A stretch of 59,968 nucleotides of DNA from a virus (taxonomy: Duplodnaviria; Caudoviricetes): positions 1 to 59,968 of the IMG/VR virus record IMGVR_UViG_3300034071_001219. The stretch is one strand, 5' to 3'. The notes beneath the pieces were generated by a model. It saw nothing but the letters and a program-made list of their open reading frames with translations, did no database searches and was not told where the DNA came from. Numbering within the stretch: the first letter of the stretch is position 1; each line of letters begins with the position of its first letter. Position numbers and translations under genes: made by a program. This document shows, in pieces, positions 38,402-45,181 of this stretch.

Positions 38402-38523
38402 AGTGACCCCTCTGTTTGAGCATCATTCGGCGTCCCGAGATAGGCTTAAGGGGTGTTATTGATGGAGTAAGTGTGATATACCTCATAAGGATATAACAGT
38501 GACTTACCCTCTATCACTTTTAT

Positions 38524-38552
38524 ATAGTAACAGACTCTTAAGAGTCTGTCAA
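38524..38552 (-). promoter_or_regulatory. sigma70 promoter containing a perfect palindrome
   Basis: TTGACA-17-TACTAT overlapping ACAGACTCTTAAGAGTCTGT. Confidence 0.7.
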
Positions 38553-38553
38553 G

Positions 38554-38627
38554 CGTCCTTTGAGAGATTCGAACTCCCGACACATAGGTTCGTAGCCTAC
38601 TGCTCTGCTCCACTGAGCTAAAAGGAC
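38554..38627 (-). tRNA. tRNA-Arg (ACG)
   Basis: Cloverleaf, loop CTACGAA. Confidence 0.93.
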
Positions 38628-38630
38628 AAA

Positions 38631-38702
38631 TTCTGAGGGTAGGATTCGAACCCACGAATGGCGGGACCAAAACCCGCTGCCTTACCACTTGGCGACCTCA
38701 GA
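38631..38702 (-). tRNA. tRNA-Gln (TTG)
   Basis: Cloverleaf, loop TTTTGGT. Confidence 0.92.
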
Positions 38703-38773
38703 AGCCCGATAACAGAATTGAACTGTTCTCTGCAGTTTACTAAACTGCTGCATCACCACAATGCTTATCGGGC
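38703..38773 (-). tRNA. tRNA-Thr (AGT)
   Basis: Acceptor GCCCGAT/ATCGGGC; anticodon arm GCAGT-TTAGTAA-ACTGC. Confidence 0.85.
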
Positions 38774-39304
38774 GGGATTTGATAATACTCTACCTTTTCT
38801 AAACCCTTCTGGAATATCTTGATTTTTATCTATTCGATAAGAACCTTCTTTTGTTCCATCAGTAATCCACATTTTACCATACATAGAATTTTTTTCTCCT
38901 TGTTGATGTCCTATTCTCTGTAATGTCTTTTTTTTCTTTTCAATAGCATCAGGAGTGCAAGCCAACAATCTTGCATTAGGAGACATTTTTCTCAATAATT
39001 CTATTTGTTTTATTTTGAATTCTGGGTCATTCCACCTTTCCTTAAGAAGTTTACTACTAACATCTTTAGATAATTGGGAGTGGGGTCTATTTCTATTACT
39101 TTCCGCAATAAGTTTGGAAATAATTTCTTTTTTTGGTAAATATTTTACCAACCCCCTCCAAGCCAATTCATCTTCTACTTTACCCCACAATCTCCAATTA
39201 CAATAATGAAACATTGCGTGTTGAGTAATACTCAATTCGATTAAGTTTTCTGCAGAATCAGAACCTCCCATATGTTTTGGTATAATATGATGATGATGTT
39301 TCAT
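38765..39304 (-). CDS. HNH homing endonuclease inside the tRNA array
   Basis: HHIIPKHMGGSDSAENLIELSITQHAMFH; C-terminal GKMWITDG...IPEGFRKGR; stop codon lies inside tRNA-Thr. Confidence 0.88.
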   Translation of the reverse strand: MKHHHHIIPKHMGGSDSAENLIELSITQHAMFHYCNWRLWGKVEDELAWRGLVKYLPKKEIISKLIAESNRNRPHSQLSKDVSSKLLKERWNDPEFKIKQIELLRKMSPNARLLACTPDAIEKKKKTLQRIGHQQGEKNSMYGKMWITDGTKEGSYRIDKNQDIPEGFRKGRVLSNPAR

Positions 39305-39346
39305 TTTAAAAATTGAACCCTAATAACATTATTTATTAGAATTCAA

Positions 39347-39418
39347 TGTGTCGTATGAGAATTGAACTCATCTCCTCTGTTCCACAAACAGATGCCTTAA
39401 CCACTAGGCTAACGACAC
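39347..39418 (-). tRNA. tRNA-His (GTG)
   Basis: Cloverleaf, loop TTGTGGA. Confidence 0.9.
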
Positions 39419-39419
39419 A

Positions 39420-39491
39420 AGGCAGTGGGTAGAATTGAACTACCGACATAGAGGGTATGAATCTCTTGTTCTACCACTGAACTACACTGCC
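39420..39491 (-). tRNA. tRNA-Met/Ile2 (CAT)
   Basis: Cloverleaf, loop TTCATAC. Confidence 0.88.
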
Positions 39492-39578
39492 AAAGTGGAC
39501 GCTGACCTGCTGGTTACTCTTTCTGAAGAGGGAGGCGTCAGTCTTTTATATCCTAGCAAGCACCTTGCTGGAGTCCTA

Positions 39579-39668
39579 CGGAAGTGGTTGGATTCGAACC
39601 AACGGATGCCCTTAAAGAACATCGGCGGATTAGCAATCCACTGCATTAAACCCCTCTGCCACACTTCC
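39579..39668 (-). tRNA. tRNA-Ser (GCT)
   Basis: Class II cloverleaf, loop TTGCTAA. Confidence 0.93.
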
Positions 39669-39670
39669 AA

Positions 39671-39743
39671 TGGAAACAACTGGACTCGAACCAGTGGTCT
39701 TTCGATTATCAGTCGAATGCTTTACCAACTAAGCTATGTTTCC
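39671..39743 (-). tRNA. tRNA-Ile (GAT)
   Basis: Cloverleaf, loop CTGATAA. Confidence 0.93.
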
Positions 39744-39747
39744 ATAG

Positions 39748-39819
39748 TATTCCTAACGGGATTCGAACCCGTGCTACCACCTTGAAAGGGTGGTGACCTA
39801 ACCGCTAGTCGATAGGAAC
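39748..39819 (-). tRNA. tRNA-Glu (TTC)
   Basis: Cloverleaf, loop CTTTCAA. Confidence 0.93.
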
Positions 39820-39884
39820 ACGCAGAGTAATCTAAAAGAATGTTAGATTACCTGGAATATGAAGTATCCCTAAAGATACTTCAA

Positions 39885-39956
39885 CGACCCTAACGAGATT
39901 CGAACTCGTGATTCATCTTAGACAGAGAAGTGTGATAACCGCTTCACTATAGGGTC
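39885..39956 (-). tRNA. tRNA-Asp (GTC)
   Basis: Cloverleaf, loop CTGTCTA. Confidence 0.9.
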
Positions 39957-39960
39957 AAGG

Positions 39961-40049
39961 TGGGAGAGAAGGGAATTGAACCCCTGAGGCTAAAAAACCA
40001 CTCCAGTTTTACAGACTGGTACTACGTTGCCAACAGTAGACACTCTCCC
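39961..40049 (-). tRNA. tRNA-Tyr (GTA)
   Basis: Class II cloverleaf, loop CTGTAAA. Confidence 0.9.
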
Positions 40050-40122
40050 AGATAGGTTCAATGGAGTTACGGCACTGAGGAGCGTTAAATCTCCCCCAAG
40101 AGTCCGTTTCAAGAGAACCTAA

Positions 40123-40202
40123 TGAGGCGGGTGGGACTCGAACCCACGGTGTATAATCTCTGGTTAAAAGCCAGGTCCGTTCGCCGCTACGGGAACCACC
40201 CC
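40123..40202 (-). tRNA. tRNA-Lys (TTT) with enlarged variable region
   Basis: Acceptor GGGGTGG/CCGCCTC, loop CTTTTAA, T-arm GTGGG-TTCGAGT-CCCAC. Confidence 0.85.
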
Positions 40203-40217
40203 AATAATATGGATAAA

Positions 40218-40258
40218 TATTCAGTTGTCTAGGTTCGGTGTGGTCTCTCTCAACCACC
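40218..40258 (-). promoter_or_regulatory. rrn-like boxB hairpin + boxA antitermination element
   Basis: GTGGTT-GAGAGA-GACCAC hairpin, then GAACCTAGACAACTGAATA, 15 nt before tRNA-Lys. Confidence 0.6.
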
Positions 40259-40327
40259 CTTTAAGAATACCACTGTTTGGTCTCTGGGGGGAGATTAGTG
40301 GGCACTTAGGAAACTGTCACAGGCAAT

Positions 40328-40362
40328 AAAAAAGGGGAGGAAACTTTTGGTTTCTCTCCCCT
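40328..40362 (-). terminator. Intrinsic terminator of the putative attenuator
   Basis: AGGGGAG(A)GAAAC-CAAAA-GTTTCCTCCCCT followed by a U tract. Confidence 0.85.
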
Positions 40363-40387
40363 GTCTTTTGCTTTTATGGATTACATC

Positions 40388-40483
40388 TTACATATGTCTT
40401 TCCATATTTGCAAACAGGGGAGTTCCCTCAATATGCCAGCGGCAATCAAGAGTACTAATCTGTTTGTTCATTTGAAAAGACAT
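40388..40483 (-). CDS. Putative leader peptide (31 aa) of the tRNA-operon attenuator
   Basis: MSFQMNKQISTLDCRWHIEGTPLFANMERHM*; AGGT RBS; late promoter 21 nt upstream; 3' half pairs with the terminator 5' arm. Confidence 0.7.
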   Translation of the reverse strand: MSFQMNKQISTLDCRWHIEGTPLFANMERHM

Positions 40484-40504
40484 TGTTTTCGACCTAAGTG
40501 TGTT

Positions 40505-40512
40505 TATTTATA
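40505..40512 (-). promoter_or_regulatory. T4-type late promoter
   Basis: TATAAATA. Confidence 0.75.
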
Positions 40513-40558
40513 AGACTTTTATTTTGTTTTTATATTGTAGAATAAATTTTGCGATTTG

Positions 40559-40930
40559 TCAAGCGTCTAGACCTGCAGTATTAAGTATTTCATGATGAAC
40601 CTCACGATGACAGTTGGCACATACACATATACATTTATCCAATTCTTTAGTGATGGCATCCCAAGAACGAAGTCTTAATTTTTGCCAATCTACATCTTTT
40701 TGATTTGGATCCGTATGGTGAAATTCCAACGCTCCGTAAAATTTATCATAACCACAACGAATACATTTACCTCCTTTGTAGGAGATGGCATCTTTTTTTC
40801 TTTTTATCCACCTATCCATACAATAAGTATTAAAACAGGTACGGCATAAAGATTGAAACCCCTTTCCTTTTTTATACCCAGTTTCTTCATTTAAAGAAAT
40901 TTTGCATTTGGAACAAGTCTGTGATGACAT
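40559..40930 (-). CDS. HNH endonuclease with zinc-binding Cys pairs
   Basis: GGKCIRCGY...LEFHHTDP...ELDKCICVCANCHREVH; TATAAATA upstream. Confidence 0.9.
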   Translation of the reverse strand: MSSQTCSKCKISLNEETGYKKGKGFQSLCRTCFNTYCMDRWIKRKKDAISYKGGKCIRCGYDKFYGALEFHHTDPNQKDVDWQKLRLRSWDAITKELDKCICVCANCHREVHHEILNTAGLDA

Positions 40931-40968
40931 TAATGGATAGAATAAAACTTTCTAATCTATTTATAAAG

Positions 40969-41041
40969 CAGGCAAGGAGGGACTCGAACCCCCAATCGAC
41001 ATCTTAGAAGGATGCTGCATTATCCATTATGCTACTTGCCC
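40969..41041 (-). tRNA. tRNA-Arg (TCT)
   Basis: Cloverleaf, loop CTTCTAA. Confidence 0.93.
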
Positions 41042-41129
41042 ATAAGAGACCTCCAGGTTTGTGCATCGTTGAGAGGCATAGGAGGTGAGAGACTTACGCG
41101 AGGTTTGGACCCCCGTTGCTCATATGATT

Positions 41130-41158
41130 ATTGTACTATTCTTTTTTACAGGTGTCAA
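41130..41158 (-). promoter_or_regulatory. sigma70 promoter at the head of the tRNA region
   Basis: TTGACA-17-TACAAT. Confidence 0.75.
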
Positions 41159-41546
41159 GCCATGGTGAACAGAGTCTCATTTCTCCTCCAAGTTTCTTAC
41201 ACTCTTCAGTATAACACTTAGAAGTATCTAAAGCTTTCTCTATCAACCTGGGCAAAGGTACTCTAGGTGGTTCTGAGTCCCTTGTCAAGCGTTCATAATC
41301 ACGGATTGCTTTATCAACGTCTCTCTTGACCCTCCTATCCACCACACCAGGGTCCTGGAGCAGCACATCATTGATTATGGTCTGAGGGAACAGAGTCCTC
41401 TGAACCTCGTCTAGGAGGTCCCAGAGGCGCTCCTGGGACGCTCCAGTGCATTGGGAGAGGGTTGCTACGATACCACTGAGTATGACGCTTATGAGGATTA
41501 TCTGCTTCTTATCCAGTCTCTTCTTTCCGAAATTAAAATTAAACAT
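41136..41546 (-). CDS. Membrane-anchored hypothetical protein
   Basis: N-terminal TM segment; C-terminal CYTEEC..LGGEMRLCSPW. Confidence 0.7.
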   Translation of the reverse strand: MFNFNFGKKRLDKKQIILISVILSGIVATLSQCTGASQERLWDLLDEVQRTLFPQTIINDVLLQDPGVVDRRVKRDVDKAIRDYERLTRDSEPPRVPLPRLIEKALDTSKCYTEECKKLGGEMRLCSPWLDTCKKE

Positions 41547-41581
41547 AAAAAAAGAGGAGTAGCAACACTCCTCTGTATTTA

Positions 41582-43195
41582 TTATGCATAAGCAGGAAGT
41601 CCTCTTTCTTTTCCTGCAGCATTCATTCTTTGTATCATTTCTTTTCTTCTCTTTTCTTTTTCATCCTCAGGAGTTGCAACTGGTTGTGGTGCTGATGCTT
41701 GAGGTGATTTAACTGGTTGAGGAACTGAAGGTTGTGGTGCCTGCTGTTGCGTCTTTTGCGGTGCTGATGATGCTGGTTTTGTCGAAGTTGGTGGAGTGCT
41801 GATATGCGTTCTATGGGCGGTTACAGCGGCATCTAGGTTGCTCTGAGCTGCCGTTACGGCATTGTTTGCTACAGCAAGATTTTGATTATGTCTTTCTGCT
41901 TCTCCTGGATTGTTTTGAAGGAAAAATGCATTCTTTCTTGGAACTGGTTTTCCGTTTGATCCTCGAACAACCATTGCATCAGCAGCATCCTTCTGTGCTG
42001 CTTGAAGAACAGTTTCTGCAGATGCTGATTGTTGCTCAAGTTCTGCTGCTGTTTGAGCATGTTGTTTTTGTGCTGCCACTTGTGCCTGGCGACTAAAAAG
42101 AGAAAATGATGATTGTCTTGTTTTTTGTGCTTGCTTTTCTTTTGGTGCTGCTTGAATATCTCCAGCAACTGCCATCTCCCTTCCTTTTCCTTTACCTGCT
42201 CTTGCTCTTAAACTAACTGATTGTTGTCTGGGATCTCTGAATGATGATTCCTCACCACCAGTAGTCCACATAGATTGTGCCGTTTTACCTTTAGAAAACT
42301 GCCCCTTTCCCTGAAGCATTTCTTGACCAGCAGCACGTTTTACTCCAGGCACTGTTTTTTCTAATCCATCAATATGTGCTTGAACTTGAGTATAAACATC
42401 TTTTTGTCCCTCCGGAGTCATTCCCTTAGTGGATGCCATCAACTCTTTAATCTTATCAAGAGTTTCCTTACTAGAAGAAACAATTTCTTTTTTCTTTTCT
42501 CTAGAATCTACTTTATATTTTGATACCCTTTCCTTATATTCCTGATCAGTTTCTCCTGATTTTTTCTTTGGTTTATTTGCTAATATTGTTTTTAACTGTT
42601 TCTGAGCAGCAACTTCTACACCTCTTTCTAGAGTTGCAGTTGCTTGATCCGCTTGAGCAGATCCAGCTTGAGATCCACGATAATCTTTTCCACTCACACG
42701 ATGATTCTTTCTCGGATCTTCTGGGTCGGAAAAAACATAATCAAATCTTCCTTGACCCTTTACATTTCCTTTCCAGGATGTTTTTGATTGTTCGTGCTCA
42801 CCGCCAGATACTCTACCTAACCATCCCTTTGCCGCAATATTTCCGCCCTTTTTACTCTGAATCATTCCCAAGAATCCAGGAACAGATCTCTCTATCTCTG
42901 AATAATATACTTTCTCGTGCTCCGAAGTTTTTTTCTTTCCAGAAAATCCTTCATCCGAAGCATTTTTAAAATTTAAAGGATGTTTAGGATCACTTTTTAC
43001 TGTTTCCAGTTCTTGTGCAATTATTTGATTTACAGAATCAAAATCTTTTTTGCTGATTAGTTCTCTTACTTCAGGAGAAGATACCAAATGATTGTATAAA
43101 CTTATATTGGCGTGTTCATCACTATACTTGGGATTTCCTCCACGCTTTTCTACAATAAAATATGTCTCAGATATAAACTCTTGAAATGTTTTCAT
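41582..43195 (-). CDS. Large hypothetical protein with a T4 capsid-targeting-like N-terminus (possible PD-(D/E)xK domain)
   Basis: Starts MKTFQEFISE; GRFDYVF...RVSGK; Gln/Ala/Pro-rich C-terminus. Confidence 0.7.
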   Translation of the reverse strand: MKTFQEFISETYFIVEKRGGNPKYSDEHANISLYNHLVSSPEVRELISKKDFDSVNQIIAQELETVKSDPKHPLNFKNASDEGFSGKKKTSEHEKVYYSEIERSVPGFLGMIQSKKGGNIAAKGWLGRVSGGEHEQSKTSWKGNVKGQGRFDYVFSDPEDPRKNHRVSGKDYRGSQAGSAQADQATATLERGVEVAAQKQLKTILANKPKKKSGETDQEYKERVSKYKVDSREKKKEIVSSSKETLDKIKELMASTKGMTPEGQKDVYTQVQAHIDGLEKTVPGVKRAAGQEMLQGKGQFSKGKTAQSMWTTGGEESSFRDPRQQSVSLRARAGKGKGREMAVAGDIQAAPKEKQAQKTRQSSFSLFSRQAQVAAQKQHAQTAAELEQQSASAETVLQAAQKDAADAMVVRGSNGKPVPRKNAFFLQNNPGEAERHNQNLAVANNAVTAAQSNLDAAVTAHRTHISTPPTSTKPASSAPQKTQQQAPQPSVPQPVKSPQASAPQPVATPEDEKEKRRKEMIQRMNAAGKERGLPAYA

Positions 43196-43249
43196 TCTAC
43201 TAAAAAGGGGAGGTCTGCAGCACTCCCCTATATTTATTATTCTATTGTA

Positions 43250-43882
43250 TCAAACTTCTACCGTGATCAGTTTGGAAGCATACTCATGAGCATACGAAGT
43301 GCGGGCACCATGAATGCCCCAACCAATCCAACTATACGCATAGTCCATGTAACGATTGATAGACTTACCGGGAGTTTTCATCCTGTCTTCAATTCGTTTC
43401 CATTGAACCTCAGTCGTTAGATAACCAAGTTGCGTTTGAAGAGATGATGGATTTCCACCAAATCTTCTAGCAAAATCACCCAATCCATAATAACGATCGG
43501 CAGATGTCCATTGGATCAGACCATAACCACGACCGCAGTGATGGTACTGAGTCCTACTACCACCTTCGCAAATATTAGGCACGAACATAGATTCCTGCTT
43601 AATATTGCCCAGGATAGTAGCAAGGGCGTTTCTGTCTTTAATTCCTTGCTCTTGAAAATAATTCAAGGCAAGTGATTCATGTTCTGAACACCCTTTACAA
43701 ATTAGCCTTTTCTCTTTTGGTTTTTCGGGAGCAACCTCTTTGGTCGCTGTCGGTGCTTCAAACTCCTTAATAACAGAAAACGGCACCGGTGGTGTCGTCA
43801 AAGGAGGAAATATCGGCAGTGTTGCCATATTGGTTGTAACCGATGCCAGAAGAGGCAGGGCTACAGTAAAGAATTGTTGCAT
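43250..43882 (-). CDS. Phage tail lysozyme-like (Phage_lysozyme2) protein with signal-like N-terminus
   Basis: LATILGNIKQES and GYGLIQWT..R motifs. Confidence 0.8.
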   Translation of the reverse strand: MQQFFTVALPLLASVTTNMATLPIFPPLTTPPVPFSVIKEFEAPTATKEVAPEKPKEKRLICKGCSEHESLALNYFQEQGIKDRNALATILGNIKQESMFVPNICEGGSRTQYHHCGRGYGLIQWTSADRYYGLGDFARRFGGNPSSLQTQLGYLTTEVQWKRIEDRMKTPGKSINRYMDYAYSWIGWGIHGARTSYAHEYASKLITVEV

Positions 43883-44037
43883 TAATTTTAATAGAACTCT
43901 ACATCCGTATAGAAAGGGGGTACACCACTCCTCTCGGAGGGCACTTTCCACGGCTCTAATTGTCACTCACTTTCTCATAGCGAAAAACCCACTTTTTGAG
44001 TGGGTTATAAACATTATAAGTTTTTATTTAGATTTTG

Positions 44038-44220
44038 TCAAGAGTCTACTTCTTCAGGGGTTTCTTCTTGTTCTGGTTCAGGTAAGGTAACTCCAATTTG
44101 AGTTAAGTACTCAATAGCTCCTTGAACTTTCCAAAACAGTTCCTTATTTTGTGCAATTTGAGCATCCAATTGACTTCTCTGCTCTAAAAGATTTGCAAGA
44201 TGTTGTTGCTGTTCGGTCAT
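44038..44220 (-). CDS. Small coiled-coil protein
   Basis: MTEQQQHLANLL...KVQGAIEYL. Confidence 0.65.
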   Translation of the reverse strand: MTEQQQHLANLLEQRSQLDAQIAQNKELFWKVQGAIEYLTQIGVTLPEPEQEETPEEVDS

Positions 44221-44248
44221 TTTTTTCAATTATTAAAAAATATATTTA

Positions 44249-44422
44249 TCAATCTTCTGGTTCTAGAGACATAATTTCTAGTTCGTCATCTTCAGGTTCA
44301 ATCCACTCATAGAACTCAGCAAGAATTGCGCGAGCATCCTCTTTATTAATATTCATATTTGCAGCACGATCAAGAGACCAAGTTCTCACATGCGATACGA
44401 TATCTTCAGTCGTTGCGTTCAT
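44249..44422 (-). CDS. Small acidic hypothetical protein
   Basis: MNATTEDIVSHVRTWS...EFYEWIEPE. Confidence 0.6.
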   Translation of the reverse strand: MNATTEDIVSHVRTWSLDRAANMNINKEDARAILAEFYEWIEPEDDELEIMSLEPED

Positions 44423-44852
44423 AGTAATCTTTTCTGAAATATCTGGAGAGGACATTCGAATTGTAGAATGCTGGTTCTCCATTGTCAAGAGATTCGATGA
44501 GGACATTGTGAACAAAGAGCTGTCTTGTCTCCTCGTAATTTGTTTTGCCCTTTGTTTTATGTAATGATACGATAGTTCTACTAAAATTTTCTCTGCCAAA
44601 TTTGTCAATGTCTTCTTTAAGTTCTGGACAAGACCCATAGTATTTTTTCCAATCTGATTCTGATTTTACTTTACGTTTTTTACCTTTTGGAGTTCTAAAC
44701 TGCCAAAAATACTTCCTACCAATATATTTCCTACTATTAAGATTATTCTGGATAAGATAAACAAAACCAAAATTATCTTGAATACAATCCGAAGTAAAAG
44801 GTTTTCCATTATAAACCCAAGGATTTTCATAGTCAATATCTGTACTCATCAA
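44406..44852 (-). CDS. GIY-YIG nuclease (T4 endonuclease II-like)
   Basis: FGFVYLI.N..N.RKYIGRK, ESDWKKYYGS and FYNSN motifs. Confidence 0.85.
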   Translation of the reverse strand: MMSTDIDYENPWVYNGKPFTSDCIQDNFGFVYLIQNNLNSRKYIGRKYFWQFRTPKGKKRKVKSESDWKKYYGSCPELKEDIDKFGRENFSRTIVSLHKTKGKTNYEETRQLFVHNVLIESLDNGEPAFYNSNVLSRYFRKDYYERND

Positions 44853-44994
44853 TTATATCAAGGACTTCGTTCAGATATTTATGGGCAAGTCCTTTCATAT
44901 CCATCTCAGGTCTGATATGGTCTTTGTGGAGTTTATTCTTTAATCCCAAAATACGAACTTTCAATTCATCTTTAACTAGTTGATTTTTAGGCAT
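44833..44994 (-). CDS. Small hypothetical protein (53 aa)
   Basis: MPKNQLVKDELKVRILGLKNKL...AHKYLNEVLDIIDEYRY. Confidence 0.6.
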   Translation of the reverse strand: MPKNQLVKDELKVRILGLKNKLHKDHIRPEMDMKGLAHKYLNEVLDIIDEYRY

Positions 44995-45031
44995 AAAAAA
45001 AGGAGGAATAACCTCCTTTATCTATACGCAA

Positions 45032-45181
45032 CTAGCCATTTACTCCTAACCATTCTTTACAATAGTCATAATCTCCAAACATAAACTCATCACATTCTGC
45101 TGCTTCTTGATAAGCATTTAGAATTGCTTGTTCACACCATTCATCATAGTTGGAATCCTGCAAAAGTATTTTTGGTAACAT
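45032..45181 (-). CDS. Small acidic protein overlapping the nrdB 3' end
   Basis: MLPKILLQDSNYDEWCEQAILNAYQEAAECDEFMFGDYDYCKEWLGVNG. Confidence 0.5.
   Translation of the reverse strand: MLPKILLQDSNYDEWCEQAILNAYQEAAECDEFMFGDYDYCKEWLGVNG

Noticed and set aside
38405-40120. Theta/HDV-like, twister or hammerhead ribozymes in tRNA spacers
   Set aside because: I could not build the required pseudoknots or catalytic cores by eye; the elements are reported as unassigned structured RNAs.
38298-40257. ORFs 38298-38486, 38446-38688, 39435-39785, 39482-39679 and 40009-40257
   Set aside because: They overlap clear tRNA genes.
41045-41125. c-di-GMP-I riboswitch (CAAACC words)
   Set aside because: The GNRA/receptor architecture and downstream conserved elements were not found, and no regulated CDS follows.
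43890-43960. Group II intron domain V (GAGCCGT...TACGG)
   Set aside because: Spacing does not fit domain V, and there are no other intron domains or maturase.
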